Assembly (NCBI GenBank): GCA_963790025.1
Contig: CAWBMP010000002.1
Coordinates: 128,001 to 192,000 of the forward strand
From: Nitrospirota bacterium
GTDB taxonomy: Bacteria; Nitrospirota; Thermodesulfovibrionia; Thermodesulfovibrionales; Dissulfurispiraceae
DNA: 64,000 bases
Direction of reading: 5' to 3'
The position numbers and the translations under genes were made by a program. The notes under the pieces are model-generated. The model was given only the letters and a program-made list of their open reading frames with translations. It had not been told where the DNA came from and searched no databases. This document shows positions 29,907 through 41,239 of this stretch, piece after piece. Positions within the stretch are counted from its first letter, which is position 1; each line of letters opens with the position of its first letter.

Positions 29907-31196
29907 TTAGCCTCTAAGCCCTTTCAATGACGCATACGCCGCTGCAACTGTCTTGTCTATATCGGCCAGTGTATGGGCAAGGGAAATGAACCCAGCCTCG
30001 AATTGCGATGGCGCAATATTTATTCCACGATCCAGCATCCCCTTAAAAAATTGAGAAAACCTTATAGTATCTGAAGTCTTGGCAGAGGCATAATCAGTAA
30101 CATCGGTGCCTGTGAAATAAGTGCAGAACATCGTGCCGGCCCTGTAAAACCTTGTTGCAACGCCTGACTTCTTCGCAGCATCTTTCAACCCCTCTTCGAG
30201 ATGCTGCATGGTCTTTTCAAGCTTCTTATATGTGTCGCTTTTCGAGAGGACCTTTATCGTCTCTATTCCCGCTGTCATAGCCAGCGGGTTGCCGGAGAGT
30301 GTGCCGGCCTGATAGACCGGTCCTTCCGGGGAAATAACAGACATTATCTCTTTCTTGCCGCCGTAGGCACCTACCGGCAGGCCTCCTCCGATGACCTTAC
30401 CGAGACAGGTCATATCCGGTTTGATTCCATAATAGGCCTGCGCCCCTCCGAAGGCCACTCTGAAGCCGGTCATCACCTCATCGAAAATGAGAACAATCCC
30501 GTATTTCTTTGTCTCTGCCTTTAACGTCTCAAGAAAGCCCGGTTTCGGCAGGACACAACCAATATTCCCCACCACCGGTTCAACTATTACGCAGGCAATA
30601 TCCCTCCACTCTTTTGCGATTAGGCGTTTAAAAGCCGCACTGTTGTTGAAAGACAGTGTGAGTGTTTCTTGAGCATATGACGCAGGCACTCCGGGGCTGT
30701 CGGGAACGCCGAAGGTTGCCGCTCCCGAGCCGGCCTTAACCAGCAGGCCATCGGCATGACCATGGTAGCATCCTTCAAATTTGAGGACCTTGTCCCTTTT
30801 GGTGAACCCCCTTGCAGCCCTTATGGCGCTCATGGTCGCCTCGGTCCCCGAATTGACCATACGCACCTTTTCTATTGATGGATATGCCTTTACCACCATC
30901 TGGGCCAGTTCCACTTCAAGAGCGGTCGGCGCCCCAAAACTCGTACCTTTTTCAACAGCAGTCTTGAGTGCCTTGACAACAGACGGGTACGCATGCCCCA
31001 AAATCATAGGTCCCCATGACAGGACATAATCGATATATTCGTTTCCATCGGCATCGTAAATCCTTGACCCTTTCGCCTTCGTGACAAACATCGGCGAGCC
31101 GCCGACCGCCTTGAAGGCCCTCACAGGACTGTTTACTCCGCCAGGCATCAGCCGGAGTGCTTTTGCGAACAATGCCTTAGACTTTGTTAGACCCAT
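29907..31196 (-). CDS. hemL: Glutamate-1-semialdehyde 2,1-aminomutase
   Basis: [37 protein letters not shown]. Confidence 0.97.
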   Translation of the reverse strand: MGLTKSKALFAKALRLMPGGVNSPVRAFKAVGGSPMFVTKAKGSRIYDADGNEYIDYVLSWGPMILGHAYPSVVKALKTAVEKGTSFGAPTALEVELAQMVVKAYPSIEKVRMVNSGTEATMSAIRAARGFTKRDKVLKFEGCYHGHADGLLVKAGSGAATFGVPDSPGVPASYAQETLTLSFNNSAAFKRLIAKEWRDIACVIVEPVVGNIGCVLPKPGFLETLKAETKKYGIVLIFDEVMTGFRVAFGGAQAYYGIKPDMTCLGKVIGGGLPVGAYGGKKEIMSVISPEGPVYQAGTLSGNPLAMTAGIETIKVLSKSDTYKKLEKTMQHLEEGLKDAAKKSGVATRFYRAGTMFCTYFTGTDVTDYASAKTSDTIRFSQFFKGMLDRGINIAPSQFEAGFISLAHTLADIDKTVAAAYASLKGLRG

Positions 31197-31308
31197 ATGT
31201 ATACCTATACTCCAGATTACAGGATGAAACGTAGTAATCTATCATAATCAGTGAACATTTTGGAAGAAGAATATATAATAGTGTCAATACCTTTATCCTG
31301 AATATACT

Positions 31309-32112
31309 TTGATACTGACTGGGGGACACCTGGAAAAACTCCCTTTTCATGACGGCACTTATAAAACAGATCCAGCCAAGGCCTCTGCATTTGCAAAGAG
31401 AACGCCTTCATTCTCTTTTTACCGGCGGATGGCGGCTATAGTGTTCAGGTCGAGTTCTCTCGCAAAACGCGGACGCTATGGCAACGAAGGCTGGTCAAAC
31501 AGCAGTCTGGATGTTATTAAAGCCCTGGAACACGCCGGAGTAGTTTTCGAAGTGACTGGGGCCGATCATTTCATCAATCTTGGCGCACCCTGCGTGTTTA
31601 TCGGCAACCATATGAGCGCGCTTGAAACGTTCATTCTGCCTTGTATCATCGAGCCGTTCAAGGATGTCACCTTTGTGGTAAAAAAAAGCCTCATCGATTA
31701 CCCGGTTTTCAGGCATGTAATGCGTTCAAGAAACCCCGTCGTTGTCGACCGCTTGAACCCACGCGAAGATTTAAGGGCCGTACTGGAAGGCGGAACAGAG
31801 AGACTGAATGCCGGAAGGTCGATTATCATTTTCCCGCAGACAACAAGGACGACTGTTTTTGATCCTGCATCATTCAACACCATCGGCATTAAGCTTGCAC
31901 GGAAAGCCGGTGTACTGGTAATACCCATTGCTCTGAAAACCGATGCATGGGGGAACGGAAAACAGTTCAAGGATTTCGGCAGGATCGACCCTTCTAAAAA
32001 AGTATATTTCGCTTTCGGCGAGCCGCTCAGCATCAAGGGAAACGGTGCCGGAGAACACCACAAAATTATCGAATTCATAACGAGCAAGCTGCAAACCTGG
32101 GAAGCAAGTTGA
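31309..32112 (+). CDS. Lysophospholipid acyltransferase family protein
   Basis: Variant motifs NHMSALE and FPQTTR; start uncertain. Confidence 0.8.
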   Translation: MILTGGHLEKLPFHDGTYKTDPAKASAFAKRTPSFSFYRRMAAIVFRSSSLAKRGRYGNEGWSNSSLDVIKALEHAGVVFEVTGADHFINLGAPCVFIGNHMSALETFILPCIIEPFKDVTFVVKKSLIDYPVFRHVMRSRNPVVVDRLNPREDLRAVLEGGTERLNAGRSIIIFPQTTRTTVFDPASFNTIGIKLARKAGVLVIPIALKTDAWGNGKQFKDFGRIDPSKKVYFAFGEPLSIKGNGAGEHHKIIEFITSKLQTWEAS

Positions 32113-32193
32113 AAGTCGCAATTATATGTGATAGATTATTAATTATATGTGGAGGATGGACCTGAAGCGCCAGGTTTTCAAAGGAGGGAGATC

Positions 32194-32379
32194 ATGACGT
32201 TGCAAGAGATTAAAAAGATTGCAAAGGAGAAAAACATTGCGACTGATAAAAAAATGAAAAAAGCGGACCTTATCAGGACAATACAAAGGCAGGAGGGCAA
32301 TCCTGAATGTTTTGGAAAGTCAACAAAGGACGAGTGTGCAGAGATAAGCTGTTTATGGCGCAAGGATTGTTTGAAATAG
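32194..32379 (+). CDS. Small SAP/Rho-N-like protein with a Cys cluster
   Basis: KKADLIRTIQRQEGN..CF...C....CLWRKDC; AGGAGG RBS. Confidence 0.8.
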   Translation: MTLQEIKKIAKEKNIATDKKMKKADLIRTIQRQEGNPECFGKSTKDECAEISCLWRKDCLK

Positions 32380-32436
32380 CCTGTTCAGCCTATCAAAGGC
32401 CCAAAGACTTTTATCCTCTTGCACTTTGACGCTGAC

Positions 32437-33249
32437 ATGGACCAAGAGCTAAGAGCTGAAAAAGCTCGAATCGGTCTTATAGGCGGAAGCGGACTATACG
32501 ATATAGACGAATTTCAAATAAGAGAGGAAATCTCACTCTCCACTCCTTACGGTCCACCGTCATCTCTTTATAAACGTGGCAGCCTCGGCGGCACGGAATT
32601 GGTGTTCCTTGCACGCCACGGCATTCCGCACAGTACCCCTCCCCACAAGGTAAACTACCGCGCGAACATATGGGGGTTCAAATCCCTGGGTGTGGAAAGA
32701 ATAATCTCGATCAGTGCAGTGGGAGGCATAAACAGCGAAATGCCGCCAGGCTCCACCGTTATTCTCGACCAGATCATTGATATGACGATGGGCGCAAGAA
32801 CAGCTACGTTCTATGATGAGGGCAAGGTTGTGCACATCGATTTTACGCATCCCTATTGCACCGGGTTGAGGGATATTCTGATACAAGCGGCAGGCGCTGT
32901 CGGCCTCCCTGTTAAAAAAACCGGGACTTATGTCTGCGTCAATGGTCCGCGACTCGAGACAGCGAAGGAAATACAGTTTTTTTCGTTGATAGGTGCAGAC
33001 GTGGTCGGTATGACGGCGATGCCGGAAGCGGCCCTGGCTCGGGAGCTTGAGATGTGTTGTGCCGGGCTTTCCATTGTGACGAATTATGCCGCGGGAATTG
33101 CCGGTGAGAGGCTGACAACCACTGAGGTGGTGGAGACAATGAGAAATTCTCTCGATGCTCTAAAATCACTGCTCAGTGCAACTGTTGCCCTGATACCCGC
33201 AAAGCGGTCATGCATATGTAAAGATGCACTCAAAGATGCGGGAATGTAA
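32437..33249 (+). CDS. mtnP: S-methyl-5'-thioadenosine phosphorylase
   Basis: IGGSGLY, TPYG.PS, RHG..H..PPH.VNYRANI, GPRLET, GMT..PE..LARE. Confidence 0.9.
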   Translation: MDQELRAEKARIGLIGGSGLYDIDEFQIREEISLSTPYGPPSSLYKRGSLGGTELVFLARHGIPHSTPPHKVNYRANIWGFKSLGVERIISISAVGGINSEMPPGSTVILDQIIDMTMGARTATFYDEGKVVHIDFTHPYCTGLRDILIQAAGAVGLPVKKTGTYVCVNGPRLETAKEIQFFSLIGADVVGMTAMPEAALARELEMCCAGLSIVTNYAAGIAGERLTTTEVVETMRNSLDALKSLLSATVALIPAKRSCICKDALKDAGM

Positions 33250-33360
33250 GCAGTAAAGAAAGTCAGCAGTAGGCAGTGGGCAGGAAAAAAAAGGGTAAAA
33301 ATTGATTCAGAGTAGTCTTTTCTATTTGTCTTTGCTGCCTACTACTTACTGCTTACTTTC
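33246..33360. repeat. Degenerate heptamer inverted repeat after mtnP
   Basis: gtaagcagtaa..cagcagtaggcagtgggcag ... gctgcctactacttactgcttac. Confidence 0.7.
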
Positions 33361-33509
33361 TTTATTGCTTCCTTCGAACGCCTTGACAGTGTCTGCATAA
33401 TCCTACTATCATAATATATAATGTATTATTTATTTCAGTATTACCGGATCGCTATTTTTTTTCGCTATACCGCTGAACGCTCAACTCTCAGCTCTCACGG
33501 AGGACCAAT

Positions 33510-34262
33510 ATGTCGGGGCATTCCAAATGGTCACAGATAAAACATAAAAAAGCGAATACCGATGCCAAAAGAGGCAAATCTTTCACAAAAATCGTTAAGG
33601 AGATCTCCGTTGCTGCACGGGCCGGAGGCGGCGATCCAAACGGGAACCCTCGCCTAAGGACCGCCATTGAAAAAGCCAAAGAAGCAAACATGCCCTCCGA
33701 CAATATTAAAAAAGCCATCATGAAAGGCACGGGTGAATTGCCTGGTACGACCTATGAAGAAAGCACCTATGAGGGTTATGGACCCGGCGGTGCAGCCCTG
33801 CTCATAGAAACATTGTCCGATAACAAGAACAGGACCGTCTCGGAAATAAGGTATATCCTCTCAAAAAAAGGAGGCAGCCTAGGTGAGGCCGGGTGTGTTG
33901 CATGGATGTTTGAGAAAAAAGGGTATATCCTGGTCGAGAAATCCAAAGCTGATGAAGACACCCTGTTATCGCTGGCCCTTGACGCGGGGGCCGAAGACAT
34001 GAAAAACGACCCCGGAGAAGACAATTATGAGATCATAACACTACCGGAAAGCCTGAACTCCGTCAAAGAGGCCCTCGTCAAAGGGGGCGTGGAGGTCCAG
34101 GTTGCGGAAATAACCATGCTTCCGAAAAGTTATGTGCCTCTTGAAGGAAGCACGTCCGACCAGATGGTACGTTTGCTTGATGCACTGGAAGATAATGACG
34201 ATGTGCAAAACGTCTACAGCAATTTTGACATATCCGATGAAACAGTAAGCAACACGAAGTAG
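33510..34262 (+). CDS. yebC: YebC/PmpR family protein
   Basis: [28 protein letters not shown]. Confidence 0.96.
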   Translation: MSGHSKWSQIKHKKANTDAKRGKSFTKIVKEISVAARAGGGDPNGNPRLRTAIEKAKEANMPSDNIKKAIMKGTGELPGTTYEESTYEGYGPGGAALLIETLSDNKNRTVSEIRYILSKKGGSLGEAGCVAWMFEKKGYILVEKSKADEDTLLSLALDAGAEDMKNDPGEDNYEIITLPESLNSVKEALVKGGVEVQVAEITMLPKSYVPLEGSTSDQMVRLLDALEDNDDVQNVYSNFDISDETVSNTK

Positions 34263-34345
34263 ATGAGTATATGGACGAATGAGAACATGGGTTGGACGAA
34301 TGAGTTTTTAACTCGGGTGCTCATTCTCGCATAAACTCATCTACT
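34258..34345. repeat. Degenerate octamer inverted repeat after yebC
   Basis: Terminal 11-bp IR AGTAGATGAGT / ACTCATCTACT overlapping the stop. Confidence 0.75.
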
Positions 34346-34372
34346 GCCTTTTACTGAGTTGAGAAGGAATCT

Positions 34373-35035
34373 ATGGACGAATCCATTCGTATTACCTTTA
34401 GAAGGAAGTTCCTGGCGGGGCTCATCATCACCGTTCCTGTAGTTTTCACGGTGCTTGTCCTTGCAGGTCTTTTTAAGTTCGTCGACGGCATATTGAGTCC
34501 GTTCTTCGATATTCTTCTGGACAGACATATTGCCGGACTTGGCTTCATCGCCGCCATAGGGATCGTGTTCCTCATCGGCATAATTTCCACGAACGTCTTC
34601 GGTAAAAAACTGCTGGACCTTCTGGAGAAGATTTTCCTGAATATTCCAGTATTTAAGAGTATCTACACGTCGATCAAACAACTCGTCGACGCTTTTTCAC
34701 CCGAAAATAACAGCGCTTTCAAGCAATTTGTCATTGCCGAGTACCCCAGGACGGGTGCTTACGCCTTCGGCTTCCTGACCAAAGAATGCACTATCAAGTC
34801 AGATGGCCGGGACCTCTGCCTGAAAGCCGTATATATTCCTACCAATAACCTTTACCTCGGCGATATTGTTTTACTGGATGACAAAAGCATAACTTATACC
34901 GGTATCCCAATAGAAGAAGGGATCAGGATTATCCTCTCAGGTGGCATCGCTGCGCCTTCAATAATAACTGAATCGGGGTATGCCCTGAAAAATATCCCGT
35001 CCACCGCGCTGATGACTTCAAAGGGGACGCACTAA
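34373..35035 (+). CDS. DUF502 membrane protein
   Basis: FLAGL....P...T, IP..KSIY.SIKQL, EYPR.G, VYIPT. Confidence 0.88.
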   Translation: MDESIRITFRRKFLAGLIITVPVVFTVLVLAGLFKFVDGILSPFFDILLDRHIAGLGFIAAIGIVFLIGIISTNVFGKKLLDLLEKIFLNIPVFKSIYTSIKQLVDAFSPENNSAFKQFVIAEYPRTGAYAFGFLTKECTIKSDGRDLCLKAVYIPTNNLYLGDIVLLDDKSITYTGIPIEEGIRIILSGGIAAPSIITESGYALKNIPSTALMTSKGTH

Positions 35036-35036
35036 G

Positions 35037-36443
35037 ATGAAACTGGCAGCGGTTGTCCTTTCGGCAGGACTCGGCACACGCATGAAATCTGCACTGCCCA
35101 AGGTGCTTCATCCACTTTCGGGTAAACCGATGGTGCAGTATGTTGTAGAGGCGCTCTGCGCATTGAAACCTCAAAAAATTATCTCTGTCATCGGCATGCA
35201 TGGTGACGGAATAAGGGATGCACTGCGGGGCTATCCCGTCTCTTTTGCCGTCCAGAAGGAACCTAAAGGAACGGGCGACGCCCTTAAGTCGGCGGCAAAA
35301 AAACTGCGTGGTTTTAAAGGCACTTTGCTGGTGGTAAGCGGTGATACCCCGCTTATTAAACCTTCCACTCTCCAGGATTTTTTGAGACTCCACCGGAAAC
35401 AGAGGAAGGCCCTCTCCCTGATCTCTTTCATTGCTGGCAACGCGAATTCCTACGGCAGGATCGTCAGGGAAGGGAATACGCTGAGCGCAATTATTGAGGA
35501 AAAAGATGCAAATGAGGAACAGAAAAGGATACGGGAAGTGAACAGCGGCATTTACGCCATTGAATCTCCTTTGCTGAAACTCCTGAACAAAATTGCCATG
35601 AACAATACCAAGGGCGAATACTATCTGACCGATATAGTCAGGATAGCAGTGGGTGCAGGACACCGCGCCGGCGCTTTTGTGCTGAGCAATGAAAACGAAT
35701 TGACTGGAATCAATACGCGCCAGGACCTTTACAGGGCATCTCATTATCTCAGGGATGAAATTGTGGCCGGGTTCATGGAGAAAGGTGTCACATTTATCGA
35801 TAAGACCTCTGTGTTTATACATCCCGAATCGGTTATCGGCGCTGAAACAGTGATCTACCCCAATGTGCAACTGGAAGGAAAGACCTCCATCGGCAGCGGG
35901 TGCATGGTGTATCCGAACTCCAGAATTATAGACAGCAGGATCGATAATAACGTCATCATCAAAGACTCGACGCTGATCGAATCATCTGCAGTCAATGAAG
36001 GTGCTTCGGTAGGGCCGTTTGCTCATATCAGGCCCGGGTCGGTCATCGGTGCTCATGCCAAAATAGGAAACTTTGTCGAAGTGAAAAAATCAGTAATCGG
36101 CGCCGGCTCAAAAGCATCGCATTTGAGTTACCTCGGAGATGCCGAGATCGGAGAGGAGGTCAACATCGGGGCAGGCACTATCACCTGCAATTATGATGGA
36201 AAGTTAAAGCATAAGACCCTGATAGAGGACAATGTATTTATCGGAAGTGACACACAGCTTGTTGCGCCGGTGAGAATCGGGAAAGGCTCTTATGTGGGCG
36301 CCGGCTCAACCATCACTAAAAATGTGCCCTCACTTGCCCTCGCCATCAGCAGAACACGACAAAGAAATATTGCGAATTGGACATCAAGAAGACCAGTGGG
36401 AAATGAGAAATCAGGAGTAAGAAATGACAAAAAGAAAAAATAA
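35037..36443 (+). CDS. glmU: Bifunctional UDP-GlcNAc pyrophosphorylase/GlcN-1-P acetyltransferase
   Basis: LSAGLGTRMKS..PKVLH, EYYLTD, GNFVEVK, HLSYLGD, NYDG. Confidence 0.97.
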   Translation: MKLAAVVLSAGLGTRMKSALPKVLHPLSGKPMVQYVVEALCALKPQKIISVIGMHGDGIRDALRGYPVSFAVQKEPKGTGDALKSAAKKLRGFKGTLLVVSGDTPLIKPSTLQDFLRLHRKQRKALSLISFIAGNANSYGRIVREGNTLSAIIEEKDANEEQKRIREVNSGIYAIESPLLKLLNKIAMNNTKGEYYLTDIVRIAVGAGHRAGAFVLSNENELTGINTRQDLYRASHYLRDEIVAGFMEKGVTFIDKTSVFIHPESVIGAETVIYPNVQLEGKTSIGSGCMVYPNSRIIDSRIDNNVIIKDSTLIESSAVNEGASVGPFAHIRPGSVIGAHAKIGNFVEVKKSVIGAGSKASHLSYLGDAEIGEEVNIGAGTITCNYDGKLKHKTLIEDNVFIGSDTQLVAPVRIGKGSYVGAGSTITKNVPSLALAISRTRQRNIANWTSRRPVGNEKSGVRNDKKKK

Positions 36444-36467
36444 CAAAAGGAGATAAAGTAAAAGACA

Positions 36468-38294
36468 GTGTGCGGAATAATCGGCTATATCGGCAGCAGG
36501 AATGCCATCCCCATAGTGATGGAGGGGCTTAAGCGCCTCGAGTACAGGGGGTACGATTCAGCAGGGATCGCCTTTTTAGAGGATGGCAAGATAAGCGTCA
36601 AGCGTTGCAAAGGAAAGATCAGCGCGCTGGATGCAATAACCTGCGAGATCGCGAAACCGAGCAATCTGGCCATAGGTCATACACGATGGGCCACTCACGG
36701 CAAACCTTCCGATGAAAATGCACATCCGCACCGCTCTGACGGGATAGTAGTCGTCCATAACGGCATAATTGAAAACTACGTGGAACTCAAACATACACTG
36801 CAGGGTGAAGGCTTTATCTTCACCTCCGAAACCGACACCGAGGTCCTCTGCCACCTGATCAACAAGCATGCGGCCAGGGAACCTTTTGAAGAGGCAGTGC
36901 GGAGGGCAATAAAGGAAGTAAAGGGCGCCTATGCATTTGCTGTAATCAATGAAAAGGAACCTGACAAAATCATTGTAGTGAGGAAAGAAAGTCCTCTGGT
37001 AATCGGGCTGGGTGATGGAGAATACTTTTTGGCCTCCGATGTGCCGGCCTTTCTGAATTATTCCAGAGAGGTGATATTCCTTGACAACAATGAAATAGCG
37101 GTGCTCCATAAAGAAGGAGTCACGGTGACGGATTTTGATGGGAAACCTTTGCATAAAAATGTTTCCACGATATCGTGGAACCCCTCGATGGCCGAGAAAG
37201 GCGGATACCGCCACTATATGCTCAAGGAAATATATGAGCAGCCCAGGGCGATCTCCGATACCATACGCGGAAGGATATTCCCTGATAAAGGCGAGGTGGC
37301 TCTGGATGAATTCGGACTGACGCCGGAGGAGATCACCGGTATCGACAAGATATTCATAGTCGCCTGCGGCACCTCCTACCATGCCGGCATGACAGGTAAG
37401 TACATGATCGAAGAACTGGCCAGGATTCCCGTGGAAGTCGATATCGCTTCGGAGTTCCGGTACAGGGACCCCATCATAACCGGCAGCACGTTATTTATCG
37501 CAATCACACAGTCCGGGGAGACCGCAGATACTCTGGCGGCCTCAAGGGAAGTTAAACGGCTGGGGGCCAAAGTATTGAGCATCTGCAATGTGATCGGCAG
37601 CACTGCCTCGCGGGAATCGGATTTTGTCTTCTATACACATTCAGGTCCGGAGATCGGTGTTGCTTCTACCAAGGCCTTCACCACTCAGGTGGTTGCGCTG
37701 TATCTTCTGGCAATCGCGCTAGGCGGCGTAAGAGGCACACTGGAGAAATCAGCGGCCTCGAAGCTGCTTGAGGACCTGCTTCACCTACCCCTGCAAGTAG
37801 AGCAGACGCTTGAAATGGACCCCTCCATAAACACCATAGCCAAAGAGCTTTTCAAGACAAAAGAATTTCTCTTCCTCGGCAGGGGCATAAATTATCCTAT
37901 TGCACTTGAAGGCGCCCTGAAACTAAAAGAGATATCATATATTCATGCTGAAGGGTATGCTGCCGGAGAAATGAAGCACGGTCCGATAGCTCTAATTGAC
38001 GAAGACCTTCCGGTTGTCGTCCTTGCACCCTCCGGAAAGCTTTACGACAAGGTCGTCTCCAATATGGAAGAGGTCAAGAGCAGGGGAGGCACCATAATAG
38101 CAGTCACCTCGGGTCATGGCGAACTGTTGAGGAGACTCGCAAAATACTCAATCTTTATAGAAGAAAGCAACCCTTTTTTGAATACAATTTTTTTGACGGT
38201 CTCGCTGCAGCTCCTTGCCTACCATATCGCTGTATTGAGGGGATGCGACGTGGACCAGCCGAGGAATTTGGCGAAAAGTGTAACGGTGGAATAA
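36468..38294 (+). CDS. glmS: Glutamine-fructose-6-phosphate aminotransferase
   Basis: CGIIG, LEYRGYDSAG, HTRWATHG, PRNLAKSVTVE. Confidence 0.98.
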   Translation: MCGIIGYIGSRNAIPIVMEGLKRLEYRGYDSAGIAFLEDGKISVKRCKGKISALDAITCEIAKPSNLAIGHTRWATHGKPSDENAHPHRSDGIVVVHNGIIENYVELKHTLQGEGFIFTSETDTEVLCHLINKHAAREPFEEAVRRAIKEVKGAYAFAVINEKEPDKIIVVRKESPLVIGLGDGEYFLASDVPAFLNYSREVIFLDNNEIAVLHKEGVTVTDFDGKPLHKNVSTISWNPSMAEKGGYRHYMLKEIYEQPRAISDTIRGRIFPDKGEVALDEFGLTPEEITGIDKIFIVACGTSYHAGMTGKYMIEELARIPVEVDIASEFRYRDPIITGSTLFIAITQSGETADTLAASREVKRLGAKVLSICNVIGSTASRESDFVFYTHSGPEIGVASTKAFTTQVVALYLLAIALGGVRGTLEKSAASKLLEDLLHLPLQVEQTLEMDPSINTIAKELFKTKEFLFLGRGINYPIALEGALKLKEISYIHAEGYAAGEMKHGPIALIDEDLPVVVLAPSGKLYDKVVSNMEEVKSRGGTIIAVTSGHGELLRRLAKYSIFIEESNPFLNTIFLTVSLQLLAYHIAVLRGCDVDQPRNLAKSVTVE

Positions 38295-38306
38295 CGTACG
38301 GCAAGC

Positions 38307-38338
38307 CTGGATGCCCGACTAATAACTTCGGGTATGAC
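38307..38338. repeat. Single REP-like palindrome after glmS
   Basis: Minus strand reads GTCATACCCGA-agttattag-TCGGGCATCCAG. Confidence 0.5.
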
Positions 38339-38400
38339 CTTTATAAACACGGAACGCAGAACGCAGAACGTTATTTATGGTATAATTAGAAGAGTATTGT

Positions 38401-40518
38401 ATGGCAAAAGACGCCTTATTAGAAGAACTCAATACCCAACAAAAAGAAGCTATCCTGCATTCAAAGGGTCCGCTCCTTGTCCTTGCAGGAGCAGGCAGCG
38501 GAAAGACCAGGGTAATCGCGCATAAGTTCGCCTATCTTTTAAAAAAGAAAAAACTTTCTCCCGCATCAATTTTTACCGTCACTTTCACAAATAGGGCAGC
38601 CGATGAGATGAAAGCAAGAATCTGCCAGTGTATCGAAGAGGAAGTCAAAAATGCATGGATAGGTACCTTTCATTCACTGTGCAATAGAATATTGCGAAAA
38701 GAGATAAAGGCCCTCGGCTTCAAGCCTGATTTTACCATCTACGACGAAGATGATGAGTGCAACCTTATACGCCACATCCTAAAAGAGTTCAATATTTACG
38801 AGGCCCTTTATAAAGGAGTGGCTTCAAGAATAAGCATTCTGAAATCATCCCTTATTTCTCCCGAAGAATTCCTGTCGCAGGGGGACGGGTTCAGTTTTGA
38901 CGAAAAGCTCGGGAGGGTCTACCTCAAATATCAGGATGAGTTGAAACGGTGCAATGCCCTCGATTTCGATGATCTGATCATGCTGACCGCCAAATTATTC
39001 AGAGAGAACCCGAAGATACTCGAAAAGTATGCGGACATGTTTCCTTATATTCTTGTGGACGAATTTCAGGACACCAACCACGCTCAATACCGTCTCCTGC
39101 AACTGATGGTGTCGTCGCACAGGAATATCTGCGCTGTTGGAGACGATGATCAGAGCATATGCAAGTTCAGAGGGGCCGATGTCAGCAATCTGCTGAAGTT
39201 CGAAAAAGATTTTCCTGATGCTCAGGTCGTAAGACTCGAGCAGAATTACCGCTCTACACAGAACATCCTTCACGTTTCGAGTTCGGTGATCGCAAAAAAC
39301 GGAAACAGAAAGCCGAAAAGCCTTTGGACGGACAAAGGCCATGGAGAGAAAGTAATCTATTGCAGGCTGACTACGGAGGAGGAAGAGGCAAAATATGTTG
39401 CGAGGACCATAAAAGACCTCTACCTGAAAAACAACTACGACTACGACAGTTTTGCTATCCTCTACCGGGTCAATCCTCAGGCGAGAGCGATCGAGGACGC
39501 GCTCAGGGAAGAAGATATCCCTTACAAAGTGCTCAGCGGGATAAGCTTTTATCACAGGCGGGAAATAAAAGACCTCATTTCCTATATGCGGGTCGTATTA
39601 AACCGCGATGATAATGTCAGCCTGCGGCGTATTATCAATAGCCCTCCGAGAAACATCGGTGCAGCAGCCCTGTCAAAAATTGAGCAGGAAGCGAAAAAGA
39701 ACTCGGTTGGCCTCCTGTCCGCGGCCCAGACTATGCTCAAAGCAAATGTGCTGGCGGCATCCGTTAAAGAGAAATTGAGTGAATTTGTTAAAATCATCGC
39801 TCACCTGTCAACTACGACTTACAAGACCGCTGCGGACATGCTTAAGGATATTGTGGAGTTAACAGGCTATATTACGGACATTGAGGAAGATCGCCTGCAA
39901 AATATAATGGAGTTGATCGCCTATGCCGAAACAATACCGGTAAAGGATTTCGTCGAGAAGACGTCGCTGGCCCATACAACGGGCAATGGCGCGGCCCCGA
40001 AAAAGGCCACTGTGTCGCTTATGACGCTGCACTGCGCGAAAGGGCTGGAATTCCCGGTCGTATTCATTATCGGCATCGAAGAGGGTATCCTTCCTTATTT
40101 CAAGGCCGTGGACGACGAAGCCGAAATGCATGAGGAGCGAAGACTTTTCTATGTCGGCATGACCAGGGCCAAAGACATTCTCTGTCTGAATGGGGTCAAG
40201 AAAAGAAAACTGTATTCGAGGACCCAGGACCAGGAGCCTTCGCGGTTCCTTTGCGATATACCAAAAGATTGCTGTCACTGGGTGGAAAAAACGGTAGTTT
40301 CCAAGATGACTGCGTTGCCGCCCAGACCGGTCAAGCTCTGCGCCAAGAGGACTGCCCTTGTGTATTTGGTGGGAAGCAAGGTAAAACACCCGGCATGGGG
40401 GATCGGGATAGTCCGCGATTGCTGCGGTGACGAAAATGATTTGAAAGTAACGGTTAATTTCCAGAGTGTAGGACTGAAACGTCTTTCCGTCCGGCATGTG
40501 CACCTGGAAAGGGTATAA
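38401..40518 (+). CDS. uvrD: UvrD/PcrA ATP-dependent DNA helicase
   Basis: AGAGSGKT, DEFQD, VGDDDQSI, LEQNYRS, KGLEF, EERRLFYVGMTRA; C-terminal Tudor-like domain. Confidence 0.93.
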   Translation: MAKDALLEELNTQQKEAILHSKGPLLVLAGAGSGKTRVIAHKFAYLLKKKKLSPASIFTVTFTNRAADEMKARICQCIEEEVKNAWIGTFHSLCNRILRKEIKALGFKPDFTIYDEDDECNLIRHILKEFNIYEALYKGVASRISILKSSLISPEEFLSQGDGFSFDEKLGRVYLKYQDELKRCNALDFDDLIMLTAKLFRENPKILEKYADMFPYILVDEFQDTNHAQYRLLQLMVSSHRNICAVGDDDQSICKFRGADVSNLLKFEKDFPDAQVVRLEQNYRSTQNILHVSSSVIAKNGNRKPKSLWTDKGHGEKVIYCRLTTEEEEAKYVARTIKDLYLKNNYDYDSFAILYRVNPQARAIEDALREEDIPYKVLSGISFYHRREIKDLISYMRVVLNRDDNVSLRRIINSPPRNIGAAALSKIEQEAKKNSVGLLSAAQTMLKANVLAASVKEKLSEFVKIIAHLSTTTYKTAADMLKDIVELTGYITDIEEDRLQNIMELIAYAETIPVKDFVEKTSLAHTTGNGAAPKKATVSLMTLHCAKGLEFPVVFIIGIEEGILPYFKAVDDEAEMHEERRLFYVGMTRAKDILCLNGVKKRKLYSRTQDQEPSRFLCDIPKDCCHWVEKTVVSKMTALPPRPVKLCAKRTALVYLVGSKVKHPAWGIGIVRDCCGDENDLKVTVNFQSVGLKRLSVRHVHLERV

Positions 40519-40521
40519 AAA

Positions 40522-40809
40522 ATGAAGATAACCGAGGACCAGGCTAAACATATTGTAAAACTCGCGAGGCTCTCTCTCTCTGAAGAAGAGCTGTCAACGT
40601 ATAGCGGGCAACTGAACACGATCATTGAGCATGTTGAACAATTAAACACGCTCGACACCAGCGGAATCGAACCCACCTCGCATGTGCTGCCTATCAACAA
40701 TGTTATGAGAGATGATATGCGGGAGCCATCGCTTTCGAACGAGGAAGCGTTAAAAAACGCCCCTGACCAGGCAGACAAGTTCTACAGGGTCCCGAAGATC
40801 ATCGAATAA
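40522..40809 (+). CDS. gatC: Asp/Glu-tRNA amidotransferase subunit C
   Basis: HIVKLARL, EPTSH, MRDD, NAP, VPKIIE. Confidence 0.95.
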   Translation: MKITEDQAKHIVKLARLSLSEEELSTYSGQLNTIIEHVEQLNTLDTSGIEPTSHVLPINNVMRDDMREPSLSNEEALKNAPDQADKFYRVPKIIE

Positions 40810-40871
40810 GCATCGTCGGGCGCAAAAAACCAAAACGGAAAAATAAGGCGACAAATAAGGTATAATAAATT

Positions 40872-41219
40872 ATGCTTAGATGTTTTTTAAGATCGAAAAT
40901 ACATAGAGCCAGGATCACGGAAGCGGACCTGGCCTATGAGGGAAGCATTACTATTGACAGGGAAATCATGGACCGTGCCGGAATGCTCCCGTATGAGCAG
41001 GTTATGATAAGCAACCTGAACAACGGAGAGCGGTTTGAAACATATGTAATACCCGGCAAGCCGGGCTCCCGCGAATTCTGCCTGAACGGCCCCACTGCCC
41101 GCAAGGGCATGGTAGGCGATATAATCATCATATTTTCTTACTGCTACCTCGCCGAACAGGAGATTAAAGGGTTCGAACCCACAATCATTAAAATCGACAG
41201 CAACAATAACCCCGTCTGA
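40872..41219 (+). CDS. panD: Aspartate 1-decarboxylase
   Basis: SKIHRA, YEGSITID autocleavage site, RFETY, LNG. Confidence 0.96.
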   Translation: MLRCFLRSKIHRARITEADLAYEGSITIDREIMDRAGMLPYEQVMISNLNNGERFETYVIPGKPGSREFCLNGPTARKGMVGDIIIIFSYCYLAEQEIKGFEPTIIKIDSNNNPV

Positions 41220-41239
41220 ATACAAGTCAATAGCGTATT

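Noticed and set aside
34929..35870. Long antisense ORFs (313 aa here; also 28870-29736, 36576-37382, 43640-44389, 46288-47001)
   Set aside because: Shadow frames opposite well-supported genes, with no motifs.
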